From an uncultured bacterium (lineage in GTDB: Bacteria > Actinomycetota > Acidimicrobiia > Acidimicrobiales > VFJN01), in contig CAWEZE010000017.1 of the NCBI GenBank assembly GCA_963813485.1, positions 65,919 through 129,918 of the forward strand: DNA of 64,000 nt, in the 5' to 3' direction. Both the position numbers and the translations under genes were made by a program. The notes under the pieces were generated by a model, which was not told the origin of the DNA, searched no databases, and saw nothing but the letters and a program-made list of their open reading frames with translations. Positions 10,233 to 20,048 of this stretch are shown here, piece by piece (within the stretch, counting starts at the first letter, position 1; each line of letters opens with the position of its first letter).

Positions 10233-11011
10233 TCAGACCCGGCGGCCGAGGCCGAGCACCAGCCGGGCACGCCACGGGAGCTCGGCCGGCGACAGGGTAG
10301 CGATGGCCGCCGCCACCTCCCGACGCACATGGGGTTGATCGTCGTCGCTCACCAGTCCCGCGGCGGTCGGGATGCCGAGGCGGTAGGCCAGCCACGCATC
10401 AACACCGGGCCAGGGAACGTCGACCTCGATGACCCGCGCGTCGGACCGCAGCCCGGCGCCTCGGAGCAGGTCACCGACTGCCTCGGCGGATCCGACGGCG
10501 TTGCCAGGTCGTCGAGCAACGAGCCGACGTCGGTGCGGGCACGACCAGCCCGTCGGCCCAGGACGTCGTTGACGATCTGCTTCGGGGCGTAGGGCGGCTC
10601 GGGCCGGACCCAGGTGAGCAGGCCGACGACCGGTGCGACGCGTCCCATCTCTGCGGTCGCCGCGACGGGGTCGGGGAAATGGTTGATGCCGAAGGCGCAC
10701 CCGGCCGCGGCGAACGCGCCATCGCGGAAGGGAAGCCACTCGGCGTCGCCGCGCACCTTGAGGGCCGTCGGGTTGTGGGCAAGCTGCCCGCTGGAGATAT
10801 CGACGGCGACGGTCGCGGGCAGGAGCCGCCCCAGTGCCCCCGAGCCCGCGGCAACGTCGAGGGTTCGCCCTGAAAGGCGTGCGAGCGCGTCTGCGAGTGG
10901 GCGGTTCAGCAGGGCGTACACCGGGTCGGCGTCGTCGGCGAAGGCAGGAGCCGCTCGATCGTACGCCGACGCGAGCTCGTGCTTGACCAGCCGTGGCCGG
11001 CTGGGGCTCAC
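10233..11011 (-). pseudogene. Class I SAM-dependent methyltransferase (Methyltransf_11-like), 1 frameshift
   Basis: From GTG 11011 the product reads ...LDVAAGSGALGRLLPATVAVDISSGQLAHNPTALKVRGDAEWLPFRDGAFAAAGCAFGINHFPDP (SAM-binding motif I and post-I). After about 10505 the reading continues in the frame of ORF 10233..11936 (...AVGSAEAVGDLLRGAGLRSDARVIEVDVPWPGVDAWLAYRLG...*). The start GTG overlaps the upstream kinase stop (GTGA). Confidence 0.7.
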
Positions 11012-11936
11012 GCGGAGGTCCACAACGCCAGCGGATCGCGAGCTCGGGCGGCCCACCAGACCAGACCGGCTCGTCCGCGCTCGCGCCGTCGCGTACGGCT
11101 CGTCGGTGGCCGACAGCGCCATGTCCCAGCCAAGCTGTGCCGCGCGCCTCGCGGTTCCAGCTGCAGGGCATCCTCGTCATGCTCGTCGCCGCCGCCAACC
11201 TGATGTCGTCGAGGAGCTCGTCGGCGCAGCGTCGACGCGGCGGCGTTGATGGCCACGTACCAGGCGAAGTCCACGGCCCCGGGGGCGACCGGGTCAGGTC
11301 GCCCCAGTCCAACACCAGCACCCGGCCGTCGAGCAGTCCAAGGTTGGCCAGCTTGAGGTCTCCGTGGATGACCGTGGTCGAGTGCTCGAGCAGCGCCGCC
11401 GCGAACACGGAGAGGTCGGTGTGAACCGCGCTCACCGCGGCGACGACGTCCGGCGGCACCACTTCCGCGAACCTGTTCCAGCCCTCGACGATCAGATCCG
11501 GGATCGGGCTCCCCTCCGGTGTCCGCAGTTCGGCGGCGACGAGGGCGAAGAGCCCGTACAAGTCGGCCAAAGGACACAGGCCCCCGACTGTGCGAGCCGG
11601 AGGTTTGAATGCAACGTGCATGGCGGCCGCCGTGTCGAGCAGGCGCCGGCTGGTTCCGCGCGACAGCCGGCCCGGCGCGAACAGCCCTGCGGCGACGTCG
11701 CGCATGATCACCAGCCAGCCGTCGTCCTCAGGCTCCACGGCGATGACAGCGTGTTCGACCGTCGGTGGGACCAGAGCGAACAGGCCGGAGTGCCACAGGG
11801 TCGCGACACGGCCGCCGGCGTGGGTCCCCCGCCCGATCCAGTCGCGTCCTAGCCGCACGTGCTTGACGACGAGGCGGGAGCCGTCGGCCAGCACCACGCG
11901 CTCGAGTTCGCTTCCGGACTTCCCGTCAGCCACCAT
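11008..11936 (-). pseudogene. Aminoglycoside-phosphotransferase-like (APH/choline-kinase fold) kinase, several frameshifts
   Basis: The first 215 aa are intact and include the catalytic-loop-like VIHGDLKLANLGLLDGRVLVLDWGDLT. The remainder is split over frames: PGAVDFAWYVAINAAA / ADELLDDIRLAA / DEHDEDALQLE / ...GLVWWAARARDPLALWTSA* (stop 11008-11010). Confidence 0.65.
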
Positions 11937-11975
11937 TGGACCGCGCTCGACAAGCAGTGTCGAGCACTGAGGAGG

Positions 11976-12392
11976 TCACGGGCGTACCAGCGGAGAGGCG
12001 GCGGCCATCTCCGCCCGCAGCGCTGGTCCCCATTTGCCGGCGCAGTACACGACGTGCGACACCACCTGGCCGGCCTCGACGCGCAACCGGTGCAGCTGCC
12101 GGCAGTTCACGTCGTCGTCGCTCTCCCGCCACCACCGCTCGAACTGCACCACCACGTATCCATCCTCGCTGGTCGTCACCTCCCAGGCGGCGAGCCGGCC
12201 CTGCACCGGCCACCAACTCCGCAACTGCCCGGTGATCGCCTCGGGGCCTTCGAGCTGGAAGCGCCAGCCCGGTGCGTGAGCATCAAAGAGCGCGTCAGGC
12301 GCATAGGCGCGGGCGAACGGAGCGAAGTCCCCAGACTCCAGGCAGCGGGCGAGCCTCTCGGTCACTATCTTCTCCTCCTCCGTCTCTGGCAT
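11976..12392 (-). CDS. SnoaL-like / NTF2-fold protein
   Basis: 138 aa, intact. The pattern ...LESGDFAPFARAYAPDALFDAHAPGWRFQLEGPEAITGQLRSWW...VVQFERWW... resembles NTF2-like SnoaL-domain proteins. The assignment is by general pattern only. Confidence 0.55.
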   Translation of the reverse strand: MPETEEEKIVTERLARCLESGDFAPFARAYAPDALFDAHAPGWRFQLEGPEAITGQLRSWWPVQGRLAAWEVTTSEDGYVVVQFERWWRESDDDVNCRQLHRLRVEAGQVVSHVVYCAGKWGPALRAEMAAASPLVRP

Positions 12393-12506
12393 TGCCTGAT
12401 CGTGGCCGCCGCTGACAGTCAGCGATCACCGCAACCGCCCCACGCTTCATCGCGGAGAGCCGCTATGCCGGGGACGGCAGCACCCCCAACGCCGTAGAGT
12501 TCGGCC

Positions 12507-12773
12507 ATGGCATTGTTCCTGGTCGAGCGAGACTTCGCCGAGGCGCTGGACCTCGATGCCGACTTCGTCGAGAGGATCGTCGCCGTCAACGACGACGTCG
12601 GCGTTCGCTGGGTGTACTCGTTCCTGAGCGCGGACAAGCGCAAGACGTATTGCCTCTACGAGGCCGAGTCCGAGGACGCCATCATCGAGGCGGCCCGTCG
12701 CAGCGACTTCCCGGCGGACGTCATCATTCGCGTCGATCAGTTTCAACCCGAGGCGTTCCTCGCCGCCCCCTGA
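12507..12773 (+). CDS. DUF4242 domain protein
   Basis: 88 aa: MALFLVERDFAEALDLDADFVERIVAVNDDVGVRWVYSFLSADKRKTYCLYEAESEDAIIEAARRSDFPADVI. This is the characteristic DUF4242 pattern (FxVERxxP...W..S....D....C.Y.A......REHA...G.PA). Its 3' end overlaps the convergent LuxR gene by about 30 nt. Confidence 0.75.
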   Translation: MALFLVERDFAEALDLDADFVERIVAVNDDVGVRWVYSFLSADKRKTYCLYEAESEDAIIEAARRSDFPADVIIRVDQFQPEAFLAAP

Positions 12774-15700
12774 CGGTCCGCCGGCACCGTCCGGCGCAAC
12801 GCCCACGCCGCCGCCTCGGTGCGGTTGGCACACTGCGTCTTCATGAGGATCGATCGCACGTGGTTCGCCGCGGTGTGTTGGCTGATGTGCAGGCGCTCAC
12901 TGATCTCCCGGTTGCTGCGACCCTCGGCGATCAGGGCCAGCACGGTGACCTCCCGGTCGGTGAGCCCGGCGGCGTCCGGCTCGGGCCGATGGGGCTGACC
13001 CCCGTTGGCGTCGAGGGCGGCGCGTGCCGACGCCGCGACGGCGCCCATGCCGACCCGCTCCGCCGTCGCCAGCGCCGCCCCGAGTAGCTCGATGCCCCGG
13101 TCGACTTCCGCCTGCCGTGGCCGGCCGACGAGGAACGTGCCGTAGTCGAGCTGGCTGTGGGCGAGCCAGACCGGCATCCGAGTCGACTCGTCGATCCGCA
13201 GCCCGGCCTCGAAGTGGATCTCCGCCTCGCGCTCGTGGCCCAGCACGGCGCCCAGCTTGCCGAGCAGGCGGTCGACGGCGCCGTGGGCGGCGAGGAGGTA
13301 CCCGACCTGCACCACGAGGCCGCGCCACCCGATCAGCTCGTCGTAGACGGCGGCGGCCCCGGCGTGGTGCCCGACGGCGCAGCAGGCGTCGGCCAGGTAT
13401 GACAGCGAGCCGGGCCAGAGCACGTCGCGGGGCACCACCGCCAGCTGGTCGGCGACGAGGACATCGATCTCGGCGATCGCCTCGTCGCGCAGGCCGAGCT
13501 CGGCGTACATCACGGCGAGCGCCGGTCGCCACGTCGACCGGGCGCGATCGAGGCGGGCCACGGCCTCGACGATCGGCCGGGCCTCGTCGAGGCGGCCCTG
13601 CTCGCGCCGGATGCTGAACAGCTGGACGCCGTACCCGCCGGTCGCCGCGCCGGACAACGAGCGGGACAGCTCCTCAGCAGTCGTGGCGAGGGCTTCGGCC
13701 TCGGCGAAGCGGCCCTCGCCGACGGCGAGCAGGACGTGCGCCTGGCAGTCGAGCGCCTTGAACAACGGCTGGCCGGCGCTCGTCGAAACCTCGCGGTGCC
13801 GCCGGGCCGTCCTGCGAGCGGCGTCGAGGTCGCCGGCGAGGATCTCGCCGTACAGGGTCTTGCCAAGAGCTTGGTCCTCCCACTCGAGATCGAGCAGTGC
13901 CCGCGCCGAGTTGGCCGCCTCACGCATCTCGGCCAGTCGGGCGTCGAGTGTCTGCGGCGTCCATGGCACGACCGACATGGCCTCGAACGCCAGCCGACGG
14001 GCATCCGGGTCGTCGAGGGTTCGGGCCGATGCCAGCGTGTCCTCGCCGAGCACGCGGGCCGCGTCGCCCTCACCGGCGAGGGCGAGGGCGCGGGTCAGCG
14101 ATGCCTGCAGCCGCACGCGGGTCGTCTCGTCGTCGGCCAACGGGAGCACGCCCCGCAGCAGCCGGGCTGCCGTCGTCCCGTCCCTGGCGTCGCGCCATGC
14201 GGCTTCGCCATAGGCGAGGGCAGCGGCGATCCGGCCGGCCGGGTCGGTCGTCCGCTGCGCCAGCTCATGCGCCTCGAGGCAGCGCTCCTTGGCGCGGGCG
14301 ACATCGCCGGCGCGCATCGTCGCATCGGCGATGCGCAGCAGAAGCTCGACCCGGCCGTTCGGGGCGATCGACGCCGCGGCCTCGAGGAACCGCGCCGCGT
14401 CGTCGTAGGCGACGGCCGCCGTCGCCGCGTCGGCAGCCTTGACGGCGGCGGACACCGCTTCCTCCGCCTCGACGAGTGGCACCGCTGCGCCAAGGTGCTG
14501 GGCGATCGCGGCGATCGGGTCGGAGGCCGCCCCGGTGTCGAGGGCCCTGGCGACTGCGAGGTGCAGGCGGCGGCGCTCCGCGCTGCCGAGGCCGTCGCGG
14601 ATCGAGCGGCGGATCAACTCGTGGGCGAAGCGGTAGCCGCCCGAGCCGTACTCGCTGACGATGCGCGACTGCACGGCGACGTCCAGCGTGGTCATCACCG
14701 TGGCCACCGGTTCGCCGGCGACGGCAGCCAGGACCACGGCGTCGAACGTCGGACCGATCACGGCCGCCATCGCCAACGTGCGCCGCGCCGGCGGGGCGAG
14801 TCGGCCGAGGCGGGCGGCGACCACGTCACGGACGCCCTCCGGGCTGGCGACGTCGGTCAGCGGCCGGACCACCGTCCACCGATCGTTGCGCCGGGCCAGC
14901 CGGCCGGTGTCGATGAGGTGCAGCCACAGCTCGACGAGCAAAAAGGGGTTCCCGTCGGTCTCCCGAGCGAGGAGGTCGACGGCGGCCTCCAGGTCGCGGC
15001 CGACGCCGTGACCGGCGGCCGCCTCGACGAAATCGGCGATCTCCTCGGTGTCGAATCCCCCGAGCCGGACCCGCGTCACGCCGGGTGAGCGGCGCAGCTC
15101 GGGCAGCGCGGAGCGCAGCGCCTCGCCCGTGTCGGCGGGCGCCGACCGGTAGGAACAGACGATCAGCACGTTGCGCAGCGTCTGGTCGTGGACGAGCTCG
15201 CCGAGCAGGTCGATCGTCGGCCGCCGAGCCCAGTGCAGGTCGTCGAGGACAAGCAGCAGTGGCCGCCCGTCGGCGACCTCGGTGATGAGCGAGATCACGG
15301 CACCGAACAGGCGGGCCCGCTCGGCGTCGGGGTCGCCGCGCCCGACGGGCACAGGCAGCCCGAGCCCGGCGGCTCGCCGGGGTACGAGCCGGGCCAGCTC
15401 GGCGGCGCCGGTGCCGAAGTAGCGGCTCACCGTCACCGGGTCGAGGCTGGCGACGACGTGGTCGACGGCCTCGGCGAACGGCTGGTAGGGAACGGTCTGC
15501 TCCTCCGAGCACGTGCCGTAGAGCACGGCGGCGCCGTCATGGTGGACGTGGCGGGCGAACTCGGTGACCAGCCGCGTCTTGCCCGCCCCCGCGTCGCCCG
15601 GCATCAGGATGACCTGGCGGGCACCGGAGGTTGCCTTCGTCCATGCGTCCTGGAGCGCGCGCCACGGACCGACGCGGCCGACCATCGGGATCGAGCCGAC

Positions 15701-15796
15701 AAGGGTCAGCAGCGGAGGTAGCGGGATCGGCTCACCAACGCGCGCCCGCCGTTCAGGGGCAGCATCCACCGCCGTCGATGGTAGGGCGATAGTCAT
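12743..15796 (-). CDS. Large ATP-binding LuxR-family transcriptional regulator (AAA/STAND NTPase + TPR-like repeats + C-terminal LuxR HTH)
   Basis: Uninterrupted ORF. Walker A is PGDAGAGKTRLV and Walker B is LLLVLDDLHWA. There is a long Ala/Leu-rich helical repeat region. The C-terminal HTH is LTDREVTVLALIAEGRSNREISERLHISQHTAANHVRSILMKTQCANRTEAAAWALR. The likely start is ATG 15796 (MTIALPS...); the ORF track begins 60 nt upstream. Confidence 0.9.
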   Translation of the reverse strand: MTIALPSTAVDAAPERRARVGEPIPLPPLLTLVGSIPMVGRVGPWRALQDAWTKATSGARQVILMPGDAGAGKTRLVTEFARHVHHDGAAVLYGTCSEEQTVPYQPFAEAVDHVVASLDPVTVSRYFGTGAAELARLVPRRAAGLGLPVPVGRGDPDAERARLFGAVISLITEVADGRPLLLVLDDLHWARRPTIDLLGELVHDQTLRNVLIVCSYRSAPADTGEALRSALPELRRSPGVTRVRLGGFDTEEIADFVEAAAGHGVGRDLEAAVDLLARETDGNPFLLVELWLHLIDTGRLARRNDRWTVVRPLTDVASPEGVRDVVAARLGRLAPPARRTLAMAAVIGPTFDAVVLAAVAGEPVATVMTTLDVAVQSRIVSEYGSGGYRFAHELIRRSIRDGLGSAERRRLHLAVARALDTGAASDPIAAIAQHLGAAVPLVEAEEAVSAAVKAADAATAAVAYDDAARFLEAAASIAPNGRVELLLRIADATMRAGDVARAKERCLEAHELAQRTTDPAGRIAAALAYGEAAWRDARDGTTAARLLRGVLPLADDETTRVRLQASLTRALALAGEGDAARVLGEDTLASARTLDDPDARRLAFEAMSVVPWTPQTLDARLAEMREAANSARALLDLEWEDQALGKTLYGEILAGDLDAARRTARRHREVSTSAGQPLFKALDCQAHVLLAVGEGRFAEAEALATTAEELSRSLSGAATGGYGVQLFSIRREQGRLDEARPIVEAVARLDRARSTWRPALAVMYAELGLRDEAIAEIDVLVADQLAVVPRDVLWPGSLSYLADACCAVGHHAGAAAVYDELIGWRGLVVQVGYLLAAHGAVDRLLGKLGAVLGHEREAEIHFEAGLRIDESTRMPVWLAHSQLDYGTFLVGRPRQAEVDRGIELLGAALATAERVGMGAVAASARAALDANGGQPHRPEPDAAGLTDREVTVLALIAEGRSNREISERLHISQHTAANHVRSILMKTQCANRTEAAAWALRRTVPADRQGAARNASG

Positions 15797-15910
15797 TATT
15801 GGCCACCCTCGATTGCTCGGCGACGGCCGAAAAGGGCGAGTTCTGGTCATGCGCACACCGCCGCCGCGTCTTTAGGTTGGACCTCCTCAACGAAACGATT
15901 GGAGATCGAG

Positions 15911-17095
15911 ATGACCCTCACCGGGACCGGGCGGGACCTGCTGGACGACGAGCTGCTGGCCGACTTCGACGGGCGGGCACCCGTGTACGACCGTCACAAC
16001 GCCTTCTTCAACGAGGACTTCGAGGACTTGCGCCGGCGGGGCTACCTGTTGGCGTCGGTGCCGGAGGCTTTCGGCGGTGCCGGTTTGAACCTCGCCGAGA
16101 TCAACCGGTTGCAGCGGCGCATCGCCTACGTGGCGCCGGCCACGGCGGTCGCCGTCAACATGCACCACTACTTCGTCGGGCTCTGCGCTGATCTGCACCG
16201 TGCCGGCGACCCGTCGGGTGACTGGGTGCTGGCCAATGCGGCCGACGGTCACGTGTTTGCCGCCGGCCACGGCGAGGCGGGCAACGACATTCCCGTGCTG
16301 CTGTCGTCGTCCAAGGCTGCGCGGGTCGCCGGCGGCTGGGAGTTCACCGGACACAAGATCTTCGGCAGCCTGTCACCGGTGTGGACCTACCTCGGCATCC
16401 ACGGCATGGACACCAGCGACCCCGACAACCCCACGGTCGTCCACGGGTTCCTCCACCGCGACGCATCGAACTACCGCATCGAGCAGACCTGGGACACGGT
16501 GGGGATGCGGGCGACGATGTCCAACGACACCATCCTCGAACGGGCCTTCGTGCCCGACGAGGCGATCATCAGGGTGTCCCCGGCCGGCTTCGCCGGTGCC
16601 GACATGTTCCACGTCGCCCTGTTCGCCTGGGCGTTGCTCGGCTTCGCCGGCGTGTACAGCGCGATCGCCAAGCGGGCGTTTGACGACACGGTCGTCCAGG
16701 TGCACCAGAAGAAGTCGGTGGCTCTGAGCCGCTCGATGGCCTACCACCCCGAGGTCCAGCACCAGGTCGCCGAGATGCGCATCCACCTGGAGGCGATGAA
16801 CGCCCACCTTGACCGGGTGTGCGACGACTGGGCCGGCGGCGTCGACCACGGCATGGACTGGCCGGCCAAGATCGTCGCCTGCAAATACGACGTGGTCATG
16901 CGGGCGTGGGACGTCGTCGACCGAGCCCTCGACCTCACCGGAGGCGCCGGCATCTTCCGCCGCAACCGTTTCGAGCAGCTCTTCCGCGACGCTCGGCTTG
17001 GTCGCATCCACCCTGGCAACAGCCTGCTCACCCACGAACTTGTCGGCAAGTTGAGCCTCGGGATCAACCCCGACGAACAACCACGGTGGGGCTGA
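15911..17095 (+). CDS. Acyl-CoA dehydrogenase family protein
   Basis: ATG 15911 lies 6 nt after GGAGA. The intact product contains ...RRGYLLASVPEAFGGAGLNLAEI...WEFTGHKIFGS...QTWDTVGMRATMSNDTILERAFVP...LDLTGGAGIFRRNRFEQLFRDARLGRIHPGNS, which fits the acyl-CoA dehydrogenase N/M/C domains. Confidence 0.85.
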   Translation: MTLTGTGRDLLDDELLADFDGRAPVYDRHNAFFNEDFEDLRRRGYLLASVPEAFGGAGLNLAEINRLQRRIAYVAPATAVAVNMHHYFVGLCADLHRAGDPSGDWVLANAADGHVFAAGHGEAGNDIPVLLSSSKAARVAGGWEFTGHKIFGSLSPVWTYLGIHGMDTSDPDNPTVVHGFLHRDASNYRIEQTWDTVGMRATMSNDTILERAFVPDEAIIRVSPAGFAGADMFHVALFAWALLGFAGVYSAIAKRAFDDTVVQVHQKKSVALSRSMAYHPEVQHQVAEMRIHLEAMNAHLDRVCDDWAGGVDHGMDWPAKIVACKYDVVMRAWDVVDRALDLTGGAGIFRRNRFEQLFRDARLGRIHPGNSLLTHELVGKLSLGINPDEQPRWG

Positions 17096-17698
17096 ACACC
17101 GCGTGCCGCTGCTCTCACGGGACGTGTACAACGTCCCCGACATCCCGGGCACGAGGGTCCGAGTGGTCCACGCCCACCTGAGCCACCGACCGCCCAACCG
17201 CATCGAGTGCGCGGGATCGACGGTTCCGAGCACTATGGCATCGTCGTCGCCGCGACGGGTCGCGTGCGGATCATCGTGGACGGGTTCACCGGCCCCGAAA
17301 GGAACAACGAGGTCTGGCTCGAGCATCCCAACGGTGAGTGGACCAAGTTCAGGGTGCCCACGGGCCGACCAGGAACGTCGCCTCACTGACGATGCGATCG
17401 ACGTCCTACGGGGTGCGACTCTCGCCGACCGAACCCCGAATCGGTGATCGCCGTACGGACCCTCGGCGGGGCGACCGACCGGGTCACTGAAGCGCTACCC
17501 GCACCGAGGGGACGGTTCAACGTGAGCTTCGACGCCCCAAGAGAGAGGAGGGAGAAGGTGAGGAGAGGGGGGGATCGCCGGCTTCGACGACGAGGCCGAC
17601 ATCTTCACCACCGACACTCTCGGCACCGCCGCCCGCCTCGCGGAGGTGATGGCCACGTTCGACTCCGATGGCGTCTGCACCCCCGCCTCCAGACGCCC

Positions 17699-18403
17699 AT
17701 GACCTCAACGTCCGCGCTCGCCGACCTTGCAGCCTTGGTCCTCCTGGCCACTGCCAGCGTCGGCCTGTGGACCCTCCGCGTCGTGGTCACGGCCAAGGGC
17801 CGCAACACCGCGGCCGCAACCATCGCTGCCATCGAAGCCATCGTCTTCCTCGTGGCCTTCTCCCGGGCGGTCGCCGGGCTCACCGCCCCCGAACGCGTCG
17901 GTGCCTATGCCGTCGGGGTCGGCCTCGGCACGTTGCTCGGACTCGCCGTCGACAGACGCTTCAACCCAAGGCACGCCCAAGTCGAAGTCGTAGCACCGGG
18001 GCCGGCTAACGAACTCTTGGGCGCCCTCCACGAGCGAGGATGGCCCACCACCAGTTCCATGGGATACGGGCTCTCGGGCGACGTCGTCATCGCCTCGGTG
18101 ACCGTGGACGAACACCGCCTCCACCCTCTCCTCGACGACCTCCGACAGATCGCCCCAGACGCCTTCTGGACCGTCAGAACCGTCCGGACCGCCAAGGCGG
18201 TGCCCCTGCCGGCGGCTTTCTTACAGATCGGCAGGCGAACCCAAGCCCCCGGCGGTCAGCCACCACCCGCCGCCCCCAGGAGAAACGTTCAGCCATCCGA
18301 GACGGCCAGCACCCCGGGCTGCGCCAACCTCCCGTCACTTACAGGAGCCGTCGCCGCTCCACCGCTCGACGCGGCGTGTTGTCGTCAGGGAACAACCCGA
18401 TAA
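17699..18403 (+). CDS. DUF5698/DUF2179 (UPF0316-like) membrane protein
   Basis: From ATG 17699 there are three predicted TM helices (LAALVLLATASVGLWTLRVVVTAKGRNTAAATIAAIEAIVFLVAFSRAV...AYAVGVGLGTLLGLAV). A DUF2179-like soluble domain follows (VEVVAPGPANELLGALHERGWPTTSSMGYGLSGDVVIASVTVDEHRLHPLLDDLRQIAPDAFWTV). The true stop could be earlier if the tail is shifted. Confidence 0.7.
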   Translation: MTSTSALADLAALVLLATASVGLWTLRVVVTAKGRNTAAATIAAIEAIVFLVAFSRAVAGLTAPERVGAYAVGVGLGTLLGLAVDRRFNPRHAQVEVVAPGPANELLGALHERGWPTTSSMGYGLSGDVVIASVTVDEHRLHPLLDDLRQIAPDAFWTVRTVRTAKAVPLPAAFLQIGRRTQAPGGQPPPAAPRRNVQPSETASTPGCANLPSLTGAVAAPPLDAACCRQGTTR

Positions 18404-18769
18404 ACGCGTCGAGACTCCCCAGATGGACCGTGCGACAACGGCCCTTACAGGGCGCGCCATGACGACGCCCTCCGACCGGTCGTCGAGGCTGCCATCGCTC
18501 GAGGTTCGTGGTCAACCACACGCGCCCATACTCGGCGTTCTGCGCGCTGGACGGGTGCACAGAAGGGCGGCGCAGAACGCGCGCCGATCACCTCAACCGT
18601 CCGATCCGGTCCCGATCTCGACGCCGGCGTCCTCGGAGCGGATCACGGCGCCCTCGGCAAGCAGCGATCCCTCACCCAGACGGGCCGTGCCCACGACGAC
18701 TGCGGAGGAGGCGATCTGCGGGGAGCGGGCTTGCGCCTCGCCGAGCGCGCTGGCGGGTCCGGCGCTCAT
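18400..18769 (-). pseudogene. Gamma-carbonic-anhydrase-like hexapeptide-repeat protein, decayed (premature stop and frameshifts)
   Basis: ATG 18769 overlaps the DUF5996 stop (ATGA). The first 59 aa (…PQIASSAVVVGTARLGEGSLLAEGAVIRSEDAGVEIGTGS) fit the left-handed beta-helix N-terminus and end at a stop at 18593. Downstream frames still show family-like pieces (…SMGACG*…DGSL…VVMARPVRAVVAR). Boundaries are approximate. Confidence 0.4.
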
Positions 18770-19708
18770 CGGTGGGAGAAAGACGGTGCCACCTCGAGCG
18801 ACGCGCGGTCCCAGCCGGCGAGCTCGGCGGCGGCTTCGTAGGTGGTTTGGAAGAACGACAACAGCGCCGCGTCCGGGTCCGGCGCGGTTCGCACCGCGGC
18901 ATAGGGCAGCAGGAACTCGCCGAGCTTGTCGTCGTAGTAGGCGGCAGCCGGTTCGACATGCCAATCGGGGAACCCGTCGGGCTGAGGGTAGGCGTAGGCG
19001 TAGAAGGAGCCCTCGTCGCTGCCGCTGGGCCAGTAGCCACAGCTGGAGACCTCGTGGCTGTAGGCCAGCTCCTGGACCCAGTCCGGGCAGTTGGGGACGC
19101 CACCTGGATGCTTTGGTGCGCGCCGGCCAGAGAAGCGGGTGGTAGCGAGGTCGGCTCCACCCCAGAAGAAGTGCACGGGGCTGGCCTTGCCGATGAAGCC
19201 CGCTCGGAACTGAACCATCACCCGATGCGCCTGGACGAGCAAGAGCCAGAAGCGGTGCGCGGCGTCGGGGTCATACGGCGCGGTGCAGCTCGTCCTGGTC
19301 GAAGGGGATCGCATCGACGACCTCGGAGGGGCGGGCGAACAGCCGGACCGTCACGCCGAGCTCGTCCAGCGCCGCCATCGTGGCGGCGTAGAAGCTCGCA
19401 ACCGATCGGGGCTCGAGCGCAACACGTCGCCGCTCGCCGTCGGTGGTTCGAAGTTCGAGGACGTGATCGACGAAGTCGAACTCGATCTCCACGCCGCGGC
19501 CGCCGGCGTGCATGAGCGACGTGGTGAGCCCACGCGAGGAGACGTAGAGGGGGACCTGCCACCAGTGGTTGATCATCGGCGTGAGGCCGAGGCGGACCTT
19601 GCCGACGATCTGGGTCCAGAGGTGCAACGTGTCGCGGGTGTCGTCCCATGGCAGCAGCGTGAGGTTCGGCCAGGCTGCGCTGCGCCCAGGATCGGTGGCG
19701 GCGCTCAT
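18766..19708 (-). pseudogene. DUF5996 family protein, 1 frameshift
   Basis: The N-terminal 145-aa ORF (…WPNLTLLPWDDTRDTLHLWTQIVGKVRLGLTPMINHWWQVPLYVSSRGLTT…) and the C-terminal 182-aa ORF (…YDPDAAHRFWLLLVQAHRVMVQFRAGFIGKASPVHFFWGGADLA…) are the two halves of one DUF5996-type protein. They join at …PFDQDELH/APYDPD… near 19280. Confidence 0.7.
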
Positions 19709-19724
19709 TGCTGGTAGCCAGCTC

Positions 19725-20015
19725 TCATGGATGGGCGAACGATGGTGCGTCGTCGACCGCGAACGCTAGATCGTCGACGTAGCAGTACCACCAGTCTTCG
19801 CCAGGTTCGTAGGACTGGATGATCGGGTGGTGTTGCGATCTGAAGTGGGCGGTGGCATGCCGGTTGGGCGAGTTGTCGCAGCAACCGACATGGCCGCACG
19901 ACATGCACATGCGCAGGTGCACCCACTGGCCGCCGATGCGTAGGCAGTCCTCGCAGCCGGCGCTGCTCGGCGCCACGTCGCCGACCTGGTCGAGGTGACC
20001 GCAGGATTGGCTCAT
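19725..20015 (-). CDS. UBP-type zinc-finger domain protein
   Basis: 96 aa: CGHL…CEDCLRIGGQWVHLRMCMSCGHVGCCDNSPNRHATAHFRSQHHPII. This is the Cys/His spacing of zf-UBP proteins. Intact. Confidence 0.8.
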   Translation of the reverse strand: MSQSCGHLDQVGDVAPSSAGCEDCLRIGGQWVHLRMCMSCGHVGCCDNSPNRHATAHFRSQHHPIIQSYEPGEDWWYCYVDDLAFAVDDAPSFAHP

Positions 20016-20048
20016 CGCACGCTCCTGTCGGCGGGGCGGCCGCCGCCG

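Noticed and set aside
17103-17447. A possible M23-peptidase-like fragment: …GIVVAATGRVRIIVDGFTGPERNNEVWLEHPNGEWTKF….
   Set aside because: Only one ~35-aa stretch resembles the family. No HxxxD or HxH metal ligands could be recovered in any frame, and there is no start codon or RBS. This is too weak to annotate.
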